Notes under the pieces: generated by a model
Seen by the model: the letters and a program-made list of their open reading frames with translations, nothing else
Databases searched by the model: none
Told to the model about the DNA's origin: nothing
Source: Chiloscyllium plagiosum
Taxonomy: Eukaryota
DNA: 64,000 nucleotides
Direction of reading: 5' to 3'
NCBI RefSeq assembly: GCF_004010195.1
Contig: NC_057757.1
Location: forward strand, 2,050,985-2,114,984
Part shown: one piece after another, positions 14,015 through 26,896 of the stretch
Layout: each line of letters starts with the position of its first letter
How positions within the stretch are numbered: position 1 is the stretch's first letter
Made by a program: the position numbers and the translations under genes

Positions 14015-14275
14015 TAGAATCCCTATAATACAGAAGCAGGCCATTCAGGCCCATCAAGTCCACACCAACCCTCCCAGACCCATTCCCTGCATATTCCACC
14101 TAGCCTGCACATCTTTGGTCACTACAGAGTAATTTAACATGACCAATTCGCCTAGCCTGCACATCTTTGGATTGTGAGAGGAAACCCATGCTAACTCCAC
14201 ACAGACATTTGCCCGAGTCTGGAATCGAACCCAGGTCCCTGGCGCTGTGAGGCAGCAGTGCTAACCACTGAACTG
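14015..14275 (-). mobile_element. HE1-type SINE
   Basis: Homologous to the 33056 element. Confidence 0.75.
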
Positions 14276-14709
14276 CCCCCTGTTTGATGCAGTAGTGGTC
14301 GTCTCTTTAAGGGATCTGATGCCTTCCTCCCCTCAATCCTTTATGTCAACTTCATCATTTAGGGGTCAGTTGGTTGGATGAGTCACTGGAGCACTCATCA
14401 CACAAGTCCTGCCTCTCCGCCCAGTAAAAACATTCCCATTTTATGGTAAATCCACATTGCACTGATCAAAGTAAATGCAAAGTTTTTTTTAATGCCCTCA
14501 TTTCTTTCCTTCAGGATTTTACCCCCAGCTGGAAGTTCCAATTCCTGATCAGTGTTGGAGTGAGAGTGGGGTCAGGTTCGTGACTTTCGGTGTTCATACA
14601 GCAAGGCCAAACAGTAAAGAGTGATTGATGGAATATTGAGCGTTTGTAATTTCCTCAACCATTTTCTCTTTCAGTGTCAGGGAGGTGTGGGGGTGGGGTG
14701 GGGGGGTTG

Positions 14710-15200
14710 GTGGAGATAGAGAGCAGGAGAGAGAGAAGCTGGAAGAGGCAGAAAGAGAGAAAAAGAGAGAGATTCTGAAAGGAACAGAGAGATAGCAGGG
14801 GTTGGGGTGCATTGTGTGAGGCATAGACAGAGAGAGAGAGAGACAGAGACGGGGAGACAGAAAGAGACAGACACAGGAGGAGACAGAGAACAGGAGAGAC
14901 AAAGAGAAACTGACAGAGAGAGAGAGAGAAGGCAGATACTTGGAGAGTGAGCGAGAGAGAAAGAGAAAGAGAGAGTGATCGAAACAGATAGAGCAGTGAG
15001 ACAGACTGAGAGTAAGAGACTAACAGACAGAGAGAAAAAGAGGGACAGAAAATAAGGACTGAGAGAAAGAAAACCAGGCGGATGGAGAGAGAAAAAAGGC
15101 AGGGACTGAGAAAAAAAGAGAGAGGAGACGGGGAAAAGAAAATGGGACAGACACAGAGTGACAAAGAGCAAGAGAGAGAGGGAGATCAGGGACTAAGAGA
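14710..15200 (+). repeat. GA-rich low-complexity tract
   Basis: Direct inspection. Confidence 0.9.
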
Positions 15201-15341
15201 GTGAGCACCTGTGTCAGCAGGATGTGTTTTGAGTTTGAAGGACTTGATAAAGTGGTGGCTATTTGAGAAGATTAAATATGTAAACAGCAGCATTCTGTTC
15301 AAACAGAAACCGAGAGTGATCAGGGCATTTGCCTTTAGTAA

Positions 15342-15427
15342 CACAACGTCTGTAATCCCAGCTTCATATACAGGGGGTGGGGGACACAACGTCTGTAAGC
15401 CCAGCTTCATATACAGGGGGTGGGGGG
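15342..15427 (+). repeat. 44-bp tandem duplication
   Basis: cacaacgtctgtaa(t/g)cccagcttcatatacagggggtggggg twice. Confidence 0.85.
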
Positions 15428-17348
15428 GCGGTCAGCCAGGTTCCTCTGTCACTGTGCCTCAGGAAGCCCCCCAAAACCCTGTTGGACGGGGACGTCAGGA
15501 AGTTGGGGGTGGGGGAGAGATCTGTCCGAGTGATCCCACCCTGAGAAAGATAGCGAACCATTGGCTGAAAACCGTTCTCTGTAAGTGACATCTTCATATT
15601 GGCAGATTGCTGGGTTTTTATTGAGATGTGGAGGGAAGGAGGGATTGAGGATTACAGAATGTAGGCAGGGAGTGAATCTACGCGGAACCAATGCTTCTCC
15701 AAGTGAATGTTCCTGGGCCACAAACCACCTTCGAGCTTATCCAAAAGGCTGGAAGATGGGAGACTGAGCCAGGTGCAGTGGAAAATGAACAAAAGCCGAA
15801 TGGTTGGTTGAGGCCGGGGCAAAGTTTGGATGGGCTGTTCAGCCCATTGTGGCTGTGCTGTCCCATTACCTGCTTCCCCGTTTCCTCCCCCTCCCCCAAC
15901 TGCAACCCTGAAAATTATTCCCCTTCAGATGATGTATTGTGGAGGAAAGAGCTGTTTAGTTACAACATTTCATCAAGATAGTCACAAGAATACCAAAGTA
16001 AAGGGGAGCAACAGTCAGCAAATGGATTTTGATTGGCAGAGGCAGTGCCACAGAGAATACATTGACTGATGATGATCGACAGTCAACTGCCACACTTCAA
16101 ACCAGGTTTCTCAAGTCGCTATTTAATCTGCTTCCACTGCTCTTTTTGATCAGAAAACTCAATGAGTCCAAATCTTTTCCCCTTTTTCTTCATTGCTGAA
16201 TATCATAAGTCTGCATCCCTCTGGTTACTGACCCTCCAGCCATTGGTCACATTTCCTCCTTGTTCACTCAACCCTCAGTGAGATTTCAGCGCCTCAAATA
16301 AATCTGCCCCTTAATCTACTTTGCTGCAAGGGTGCTGGCAGGTGGGACTAGATTGAGTTGGGATATCTGGTCGGCATGGACGGGTTGGCTGTACATCTCT
16401 ATGACTCAATGAGAGAAATCCCAGCCTCTCCAGGTAACTTAACTGAAGTCTTGCTTCCCTGAAACCATTCTGGTAAATCTCTTTCCAAGGCCTTAGGTAT
16501 TCTTCTGAAAGTCCAATGTCCAGAATTGGCTCTGTAGAGAGTATATTTGATACGAAGCTGGACCTATCATTGAGCCTGACACTGGGGTTATGAACAGTAG
16601 CTGGAAGTGAAGGAGAGGATGGATAGAGTCAGTGACTTGAGAGCAGGGCTTGTGGAAGGGGGTGGGGAGCCTCAAGACCTCTTCCCAGCCATTCCTTGAA
16701 GAGCCATTCTAGCTTAAAATGACTAATCCGATGGCTCTGGGGGGAGGGGGTGGTTATGTCATGGGGTAGGGTGGATCTCCTTTGGAGTTTAAAGTGATCT
16801 TACTTGGGAACTTAAAAGAGCAGGGATAAGTGCCAGCCAAGTTGGAGAATTGTCATTCCTTGTTACGTTGTACATAATTTTACCAAAGTGTAAGTTCTTC
16901 CAGTGAAAATCCCTAATGAGAGGGACAACTCCAGGAGGATCAAGCTACAGCAGGCTGCATTTTTTTTAAATGCACTTGTGGGATTTGGCATTGCTGGCTG
17001 GGCCCAGCATTTATTGCCCCTCCCTATTTGCCCCTTGTGAAAGGGGGAGGGGGGTGGTTGAGCTGTCTTCTTGAACCGCTGCAGTCCACCTGCTGTGGGT
17101 TGATCCACAATGCCCTTAGGTGGGAAATTCCAGGATTCTGACCCAGCGACACTGAAGGAACGGCCGGTATTTATCCAAGTCAGGATGGTGAGTGGCTTGG
17201 AGGGGAACTTGAAGATGGTAGTGTGCCCATGTATCTGCTACCCTTGTTCTTCTAGATGTCCTTATGACTGTGACCCCCTGGGTTCTGGACAACACCTACC
17301 CCCTCCCCGGGTCATCAGGAACATTCTTACTGCTTTTACCCTGTCTCG

Positions 17349-17787
17349 AATCTGGTTTCCAGCATCTGCAGTCCTTGTTTTTACCTCGTTGATTTTAACG
17401 CTACTGCGAATCCTCTTACAAGGATGCCTGCCTTGAAGAAGTTTTCCTCCTCTCTCTACAAGAATCTCAGGGAGTCTCTCTCTCACTGCAACTCCCAGGT
17501 CATCTCCTCTGCCCCGAAGCTCTTACCAGTCCTACCTGCCTATCTTCCTTTCCACCTATCCACTCCACCCTCCTCTCTGCCCTACCACCTTCATCCCCCA
17601 CCCCATTCACCTATTGTACTCCACGCTATTTTCTCCCCACCCCGACCCCCACCCCCCTCTCATTTACCTCTCCACCCTGCAGGCTCCCTGCCTCTATTCC
17701 TGATGAAGGGCTTTTGCCCGAAACGTCAATTTTCCTGCTCCTCGGATGCTGCCTGACCTGCTGTGCTTTTCCAGCACCACTCTAATC
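17349..17787 (+). mobile_element. PLE-type repeat (longer copy with duplicated terminal segment)
   Basis: Contains the family signature ctcggatgctgcctgacctgctgtgcttttccagcaccac and the hammerhead core. Confidence 0.65.
17700..17727 (+). ncRNA. Minimal hammerhead ribozyme core in a PLE-derived repeat
   Basis: CTGATGA-A-GGGC-TTTT-GCCC-GAAA-CG-TC: intact core boxes, 4-bp stem II, GUC triplet. Activity is untested. Confidence 0.65.
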
Positions 17788-18654
17788 ACCACCCTATATG
17801 CCAGATCGACATATATACTGTGATTGATATATGGTAAACACTGGCTGGGGACACAAGTGAGGAAGCGGCCTGGATTCTGTATTGCAATATGGACCTGACT
17901 ACAACCTGCACTGATCAGCTTTCAATAAAACACTTGTTTCAGGCAGAGAAGAGCTAACAGACTTGATGGTGAAAACAGCTGGCCTTTAGCTGCTTGCTCA
18001 ACACATTTCGATTCCGAGCTGTTTGCTCAGGAGCGGAAAACAGGACGAGGGTACGCTTGTTCCAGAGATAATTGTTGAGTGGAGAACAGATTACAGGGAG
18101 TGTGTCACTGTTAACTGAAGCCATTAGGGAGCATCTGTCAACAGTTAAGTAGAACAACATTAGCCAATTATTCTATCCAAGGCAGGGCCAGAAATAGCTG
18201 GGCTCCAGTGAGCACATTAAAGAGCATGTTAAAAGCATGAAAGGGTCATTGAGTGCAAGTCACTTGCTCCACCTCCCACTCCTATCCCTCTTCCTGCTCT
18301 TCGACTACTGAAACCCTCATCCATGCTCCAGATTCTTCTAGTCCAATGCACTTCTGTCCAGTATCTGAAATTCAGATCATCCAATGCTGCCCCATGTCCC
18401 CACTCACATTAAAACCTTTCCCCAACCCCTTTCTCCCTCTCTGTAACCTCTTCCAGCACCTGCAACCTCCGAGATCTCTGCAACCTACTCCAGTTCCAGC
18501 CTCTTGCCTCTCTCCTGCTTCACGACACTCCTTAAATATTTCTTTAAACTGAGCTGTTAATGGTCTGTGACACTGATGGCCGCTTCTGTCAATTGCCTGA
18601 GGTGGTGCTATTTAAATGCAGCTGAACAGTTCTCTGAGGACTGTAGTAATTTAT

Positions 18655-19200
18655 AGAATCCCTACAGTGTGGAAGGAGGTCATTTGGCCCATTGATTCTG
18701 CACTGACCCTCCAAAGAGCATCCTACTGAGACCCATGTCCCTTCTCCAGCCCTGTAACCCTGCATTTCCCTGCATACTAGCATAAGTGGATATGCTAATC
18801 CACATATCCTACATCCCTGGACAGTATAGGACAATTTAGCACGGCCAATCCACCCCAATCTGCACATCCCTGGACAGTATAGGACAATTTAGCTCGGCCA
18901 ATCCACCCTAACCTGCACATCCCTGGACACTATGGGACAATTTAGCACGGCCAATCCACCCTAACCTGCACATCTGTGGACACTATGGGACAATTTAGCA
19001 CGACCAATCCACCCTAACCTGCACATCTCTGGGCACTATGGGACAATTTAGCATGGCCAATCCACTCTAACCTGCACAGCCTTGGACTGTGGCTGGAAGC
19101 CAGAGCACCCAGAGGAAACCCACACAGTCACCCATAGCTGGAATCGAACCTGGGTCCCTGGTGCTGAGAGGCTGCAGTACTAACTACTGAGCCACCATGC
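18655..19200 (-). mobile_element. HE1-type SINE with an internal tandem amplification (about 5 copies of 53-54 bp)
   Basis: Repeated ggacactatgggacaatttagcacggccaatccaccctaacctgcacatc at 18810-19090; A/B boxes at the right end. Confidence 0.8.
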
Positions 19201-20981
19201 TGTCATATTCACATTGCCTCTCCTCCAGCTTTGAGATTAAAGGAGTGTTTTTGAAAGAACAGCAGTAACCACCTTTAGCATGACTCCTCCCACCACCGAT
19301 ACTCAGTAGCAGCAGTGTGTACCATCTACAAGACGCACTGTAGAAATTTACTGGGCTCCTTTGAACTTTTACACCATCTTGAGTGAGGGCAGGAGCCTAG
19401 GTTCAAGTTCTCATCTGAAAAGCTGCACCTTCGGCAGTGTGGCACTCCCTCACCACTGCACTGGGCAGGCTCGGCTTGGATTTTGTGCTCATGTTTATGG
19501 AATGGGACTTGAAGCCCAGACTCAGTGGTGACCAACAGAGAGAGAGACAGAGAGAGAGAAAAATAGAAAGGTAGGTTTCAACATTCCTGGAAGCAGGCAG
19601 TGAATTCGGCAGGATGGTGACAGGATGGAATACTGTCACCTTTCCAACATTGCCCGGGATAATTCCTTAATGGGAAGACGTAAGCTCATCCTCCCCCAGT
19701 GTCTGCTGCTAAATGCCCTTCATGGTCAATGAATAGCCAATTGTGTCCCTCATCTCATGTGACCCCCATCATTTCTAGGCTGACAGGACTGATGTACGAA
19801 GTGAGACCTGAAATTGGTTGGGACTACATTCTCTGGAGTTTAGAAGAGTGAGGTGTGATCACATAGAAACCAATGAAATCCTAACAGGACGAACCAGGTT
19901 CAACACAGGAAGGATGTTCTCACCGACCAGGCGAGTCCAGAACCGAGGTGGGGGGTGTTCACAGTCTTAATGACACAGGGTCGGCCATTTAGGACTGAGT
20001 TGAGGAGAAATGTCCTCACCCGAAGAGTAGGGAGCCAGTGGAATTCTGCAAGTGGTGGAGGCCAAGAAGGAGTTAAGATATAGTTCTTAGGGCTAAAGGG
20101 TGGGAAAGGGGGCTGAGTTGGATGATCAGCCATCATCATGTTGAATGGTGGAGCAGGCTTGAAGGGTCAAATGGCCTACTTCTGCTTCTATTTTCTACAA
20201 TTCCACTTTAGCTCGAGGCGAGAGAGAATGGGCCTAGCCGACCAGGTGACCCAGGTGGGCAGCTTGTGCTGGGAGTGAGGGCTCCTGGGCCCACACTAAT
20301 CTGGACTTGACTCGGAGTGGGGGTGTTCTGGAGCTGGGGTGAGGTGAGGGGGGGGGAGTCAGTCGCCAAGAGCAAACCCAACAAGCCCCTCGCACCTCCC
20401 AAAAGCGAGGCTTATCTTCCCCATGGGCCCACGGAGTAGGCTGGTGTCTTGTCTAGGCCGCAACCACAGCCTACTCCCGTGGGCCACCAATTCCGGGCGA
20501 GGAGGATGGAGCCTTCAGATCCGGGGCCCATGTTCCAGCAGAAAGGCAGCCAACCAGCTGCCCACTTCCCCGTAAGAACTGGTGGGAATTCTCACTCGTA
20601 GAATGTATTGAGTAGACTAAGACTGCACTCATTAAGATTTAGGACTGAGTTGAGGAGGAACCTCTTCACCCAGAGGGTTGTAAATGTGTGGAACTCCCTG
20701 CCCAGGGAAGCAGTCGAGGCCACGTCACTGAATGTTTTTAAGGCAAAGATAGGTTTTGGAACAGTAAAGGAATTAAGGGTTAGGGTGAGCGGGCAGGTCA
20801 GTCCATGAAAGGATCAGCCACGATCTTATTGAATGGCGGAGCAGGCTGAAGGGGGCGTGGGGGCAGACGGCCTACTCCTGCTCCTAGTTCTCGTGTCCTT
20901 ATGCCGCATGTTCGCCTCCCTCAGACACGGCCTGCGCACCGACAAAAGAAAACGCCAACCTTCGAAGCACTTTTCTGAACA

Positions 20982-23900
20982 TTTATTGCCTCCCCGAACA
21001 TTTTATTTGCTCCCTCTTTTCAACAACGTGGTGGTAACAGTTAACATGTGGAAAACAGCAACTTAAAAAAATATATATCTAAATATATACAAAAAAAAAT
21101 AAAATGATTAATATGGGAATACTGACTGAGCTGTGGCCCTCATTGTCACAGCTAGGCCTGTGTTACAAGCAGCCTATATAATACGGCCTTCACAAATAGG
21201 CTCAGAGCTGCAGGCCTTGTCTGGAACCATGTGGGAGGCACAGCGAGGGGAACGGGAGTCTGTTGGGACCAGACCGGGGGGGGCTGTTGGGAACTCCAGA
21301 AACACAAATCCCCAGAGTATTTCATCCTCCCCCAACCGGCCCTTATCAATCTCAACTGATACTTCCTGCATTTTCAAAACTGATAGAACCCATTAAACAC
21401 TGAATGTTGGCCTAAGGGTTGAGGAAGGGATGGGGGTGTTAGACGTGTAAAAGTAGGGAAGTTCATTACAGTTGAGGGTGTCATTGGTCAAACCACATCT
21501 TGAGAATTATACACGGTTGGACTTTCTTGCTTACAGAAAGACAGGCCTCCACTACCACAGGGGGCTGCAGAAGCTGGCTCACTGAGTATTTTCAAGGCTG
21601 AGATGGGCAGATTTTTAATCAGCAAGGGAATCGGGGGGGGACAGCGATAAGTCAAGAAAATGGGAGTTGAGGATGATCAGATAAGCCGTGATCTCACTGA
21701 ATGGCAGAGCGGACTCAAACTCCTACAGCATGGAAACAGACCCTTCACCCAACCAGTCCGTGCCGACCATAATCCCAAACTAAACTAGTCCCACCTGCCT
21801 GCTCCTGGCCCATATCCCTCCAAACATATCTAAATGCCCTTTAAATGTTGTAACTGTACCCACATCCATCACTTCCTCAGGAAGTTCATTCCACACGCGA
21901 ACCACTCAGTGTAGGGAAAAGTTGCCCCTCATGTCTTTTTAAAATCTCCTTCACCTCACCTTAAAAATATGCCCCCTAGTCTTGAAATCCCCCCCACTCT
22001 AGGGAAAAGACACCTGCCATTCACCTTATCTGTACCCCTCATGATTTTATAAACCTCTATAAGGTCACCCCTCAGCCTCCTACGTACCAATGTACAAAGC
22101 CCCAGCCTTTCCTTAGAACTCAAAGCCTCCATTCTCAGCAGCAACCTGGTAAATCTCTTCTGAGCCTCCTCCAGCTTTCCTCCCCATATCCTCCCCATAA
22201 CAGGGTCACCAGAACTGCACACTGTACTCCAGAAGAGGCCTCATTGATGTCCTGTACAACCCCAACACAACTCAAGGGGCAGAATGGCCTCCTTCTTCTC
22301 CCATCCCTGTGGGTCATTGAAAGCAGCTTGGAGATGGTTCACTCGAGTGATTCCTGCAAAGCCACGATTGCCTGATGGAGGAGAGACTGAGTAGGTTTGG
22401 ATGCGTACTCATTTGGGGTCTAGAAGAATGAGAGGCCCCAAGATTTTGAGGGGGATTGACCGGCTGGACGCAGAGATGCTTTCTCCCCTTGCGCAGCGAT
22501 CTAGAATTGGAGTGGAGGGGCACAGTTTCAAAACGTAGGGTCCCCTTTTTAAGGTGATGAGGAGAATCCTTTTCTCTCAAAGTGTCATCCTTTGGAATTC
22601 TTTCCCCCAGAGAGCAATGGGCACCAGGACATGGAGTAAAGTTAAGGGCGAGATAGAATTTAATTAGTAACGGGGTTATGGGGAACAGGCAGGAAGGCGA
22701 GTTGAGGCTGAGGTGACTGTATTGAAAGGGGGGGGGCAGGCTCAAGGGCTGAACGGCCTGCCCCTTGCTCCTAATTCTGATGTGCCTGACTCTGAAATGC
22801 CCTCTGCGATGGCCCAGGAAGTCATTCCGTGGCAGTTGGGGGTGGGCAACAAAGGAGTAAAGGGAAAAGCCGTACAGGGAATGGGGAGAATATGAACAGA
22901 ACAAAAAGCTGGAAAATACTCTCCAGGTCATGGAGAAGCCGCGTTAATGTTTCAGCTTGAGTGACTTTATCTCCTAAAGTTTGGATTCTGCATCAAGTCA
23001 GACCTGTTACGGAGTTATTCCAGCTTTTATATCAGTCTTATTTCAGATCTGCCCCCTTCCTCAGCATTTCGGAGTCACTGAGATGTACAGCACAGAAACA
23101 GACCCTTCAGTTCAACTCATCCATGCTGGCCAGATATCCTAAATTAATCTAGTCCCAGTTTGCAGCATTTGGCCCATACCCCTCTAAACCCTTCCTATTC
23201 ATTTACCCATCCATATGCCTCTTAAATGTTGTAATTGTACCAGCCTCCACCACTTCCTCTGGCAACTCATTCCATACACGCACCACCTCTGCATGAAAAA
23301 GTTGCCTCTTAGGTCCCTTTTAAATCTTTTCCCTCTCACCTTAAACTCTTCGCCCTATCCACGCCCCTCATTATTTTATAAACCTCGATAAGGTCACCCC
23401 TCAGCCTCCGATGCTCCAGGGAAAACAGCCCCAGCCTGTTCAGCCTCTCCCTATAGCTCAAACCCTCCAACCCTGGCAACATCCTTGTAAATCTTTTCTG
23501 AACCCTTTCAGGTTTCACAAGTTGGTGCAGACACGGTGGGTGTTACTACTGTAACAATTCTGTAACCATCACCTCTACACTAACCAGAAAACGTCGAGTG
23601 TCCTGTACAGGTTAAGCCTACATTTATCAAGTAGCCTGGTCATGGCCTTCTCAAAACCGGTGTGTAATCTCACCTCTGTTTAGCAGGCAAGTCTAAGACA
23701 GACATAAAAGGAGTAGATTCACCCCAAACCCCTGTGTTCACTGACCAATTTGGACCATTTAAAACTCACATCGCTGCTTCCAAACGCTTCCTGCGTCTCA
23801 CCTCCTCCCCGTCTCGGTAATCTTCTCCAGGCCCACAGCCATTTGAGATCTCAGCTCTCCTCTAATTCTGCCGTGATATGTATTGCTCTGATTTCCATCT

Positions 23901-24940
23901 CTCCGACTCTGGGCCCTCAGCAATCTAGGGAACCCTAAGATCTGAAATTCCCTCCCTAACCCTCTGTCTCGGAGATGCCTCGTCAAACTGACCCGCTGCA
24001 ACACACATATCTGGGTCTTGTCCCTCCTTGATGTGACTTAAGTTATTCCTGACAATGATTCCACTGATCGTGCCCTGTTCAGGGCACCACATAAATGCAG
24101 GTTGTTGTTGGCCCACGGACTTTAGTCCCCCCACTCGGACCCAGGGTCTGCACACGGTCTCATTTTACCTCAGGATGAGAGGGCATCCCGCCTTTCCCAC
24201 AGGAAAGACGGAACTTGCATTTACGTGATGCCTGATAAAAAAGGAATCCCAAAGGAAAAGGTGCTTCACAGCCAATCAATGGAAGTTCTGAAGTGTAGTC
24301 ATCGTTGTAATGCGGAAAACACAGCATCCATTTTACGCATAGCAAGATCCCACAAATGCCTCTTTTTTTTGTAGGTCTGATCTTGGCTCAGGAATAAATA
24401 TTGATCAGAGGGCATCTGGGAGACCCCTCCCCAGTGTGGGACCTTCCACGGTCGCTTAGAGGTTAGACATAATTTCAGTCTAATGCCCCTGGAGATGGCA
24501 CCTTCAGCAGCGCGGCACTCCCCCAGCGACGGCACTGGGGAGGGAGGGAGGGCCAGGCCAGGAATTAATCGCTGGATAAGGTGGATTCACGGTCGGCAAA
24601 ATCCAATGGCGGCAGATGGAGCGAAGATACAGATGGGGCCCCGAGATCTCACTGAGCGGCGGGGTGAGGAGGGGTAGGACAGGCCCGTCAGGCCAAATGC
24701 CCTCCCCCTTGTCTCGTGTTTCCTGCAGGCCCCTGGACACGAACTGAGCAGCTCCAAAGATGCAACCCTCCCGACTTTGGAATTCAGCCGGATTCGAATC
24801 CTGGACTGGAACCCGGAATCGGAGATTTCCCACTGGTGCAAAATTCGCAAACAAATGAAAAAATAAAGACAGGAAAGGAAAGAATCCCTATTGTGTAAAC
24901 CTCTTCACTTCTGTTTTTCTTTGGTTGAATTATTCAGAAC
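20982..24940 (-). other. Probable non-coding terminal exon region / 3' UTR of the SCHIP1-like gene
   Basis: Strong acceptor ctgtttcctttctccctcag opening at 24940; two AATAAA signals (minus strand) at 20982-20987 and 21002-21007. Continuity across the interval is inferred. Confidence 0.5.
21720..23520. mobile_element. Cluster of CR1 3' fragments (21720-22270 minus, 22365-22790 plus, 23070-23520 minus)
   Basis: RRRLRGDLIEVYKIMRG motifs and CR1 3' tails. Confidence 0.8.
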
Positions 24941-24971
24941 CTGAGGGAGAAAGGAAACAGATCAATTAGAC

Positions 24972-25680
24972 TCATAGAATCAGAGAGATGTACAGCATGG
25001 AAACAGACCCTTTGGTCCAACACGTCCATGCTGACCAGATATCCTAATTAATTTAGTCCCATTTTCCAGCACTTGGCCCATATTCCTCTAAATGCTTCCT
25101 ATTCATACACCTATCCAGATGCCTTTTAAATGCTGTAATTGTACCAGCCTCCACCACTTCCTCTGGCAGCTCATTCCATACACGTACCACCCTCTGTGTG
25201 AAAAAGTTGCCCCTTAGGCCCCTTTTATATCTTTCCCCTCTCACCCTAAACCTATGCCCTCTAGCTTTGGACTCCCCGACCCTGGGGAAAATTCCTTGTC
25301 TATTCACCCTATCCATGCCCCTCATGATTTTATAACACTCTATAAGGTCACCCTTCAGCCTGTGACGCTCCAGGGAAAACAGCTCCAGCCTATTCAGCCT
25401 CTCCCTGTAGCTCAAATCCTGTAATCCTGGCAACATCCTTGCCAATCTTTTTTGAACCCTTTCAAGAAGCACAACACCCTTCCTCCAACAGAGAGACCAG
25501 AATTGCACGCAGTATTCCAAAAGTCGCCAATTAGTGTCCTGTATAGCCACAACATGACCTCCCAACTCCTGTACTCAGTGTTCTGACCAATAAAGGCAAG
25601 CGTACCAAACACCTTCTTCACTGCCCTGTCTACCTGTGACTCCACGTTCAAGGAATGATGATCCTGCATCCCAAGGTCTC
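24972..25680 (-). mobile_element. CR1 3' fragment
   Basis: ORF 25053..25565 is a typical CR1 ORF2 C-terminus. Confidence 0.9.
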
Positions 25681-26756
25681 CTTCAGACCGGATCCAGCTA
25701 CACGGCTGGTGCTTTCAAACAACGGGAGCAGGCAAAGAAATTCTTCTGCTTTATCACCTTTCATCACCTCCGGGTGTACCACAGCACTTTTAATGTCAAC
25801 TGAAAGTGTGGCAGACAGCAAGCCGGGGGCTGAGGGGCGAGCTGATCGAAGTACATAAAATTATGAGGTGTACAGATAGGAAGGATAGTCTTTCCCCCAG
25901 TTTGGAAATGTCAAACATTCGGGGGCACAGGTGAGAGGGGTCGAAAAGTGTGGCGCTGGAAAAACACAGCAGGTCGGGCAGCATCCAAGGAGCAGGAGAG
26001 TCGATGTTTCAGGCATAAGCCCTTCATCGGGAATGTGGCTTTAAGGTGAGAGGGGGCCATTTTAAAGGAGTTGTGCGAGGTAAGTTTTTTTTTAAACACA
26101 GAGGATGGTAGTTGCATGGAATGCACTGCCAGGGGAGGTGGTCAAAGCAGAAATGGAGGCATTTAGACAGACACATGAACAGGCAGAGAATAGAGGGAAA
26201 TCAATCATGAGCAGGGAAATGGTCGGCACAGACATGATGGGCCGAAGGGCCTGTTCCTGTGATGTACCGTTCTATGTTCTACATAAACCCAGATCAGTTG
26301 CCTACAGTGGCATTGACTCAGAAGTAAATATTGGCCTCAGGACCCTGTGTGGAATTTTCTCTGTATGACAACCATAACCCCCCCACTCCAGTGTCTCCAT
26401 TTACAGCCCCCTTCAGTGTGCAGTGCACTAGGGACTTCAGCTTAACATGGCAGCCAAAAGAAGGCATCTCTGACAACGCAGGGCTCCCTCAGGCCTGTTC
26501 AGAGAGTGTCAGATTGCTCCTTAATCCTCTGGACTGCTGGAAGGTGTCAGCTCAGTGAAGGCACTGTTGACTGTGCAGCTCCAGACAGAGCTCTCCCTCT
26601 GGACTGCAGCCTTGTGGTCCAGAGAAGGGAAGCTAATCAACTCTGCCAAGAAAACGGAACGGCATACATACAGGAAGAGAGAAGCCTTCTGAAAGGAGGT
26701 AGTGCAGGCAGCCATTGGAACTCGCTACATGCTTGGAATGATCGCATAGCAGAGTA

Positions 26757-26866
26757 GTCACCCATTCCCTTTCAGACTAGCACAATGGTCAGCCATTCCC
26801 TTTAAGACTAGCACAATGGTCACCCATTCCCTTTCAGACTAGTACAATGGTCACCCAATCCCTTTA
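26757..26866 (+). repeat. 31-bp tandem repeat, about 3.5 copies
   Basis: Unit gtcacccattccctttcagactagcacaatg. Confidence 0.9.
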
Positions 26867-26896
26867 ACAGACCCAAGCACTCACCTTCATTTGCAC

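Noticed and set aside
11434..15208. His/Thr-, Cys/Val- and Ser/Leu-rich ORFs
   Set aside because: They are microsatellite and low-complexity translations.
20255..20565. Telomerase RNA, RNase P RNA or 7SL candidate
   Set aside because: No CTAACCCT template and none of the conserved motifs I recall for these RNAs.
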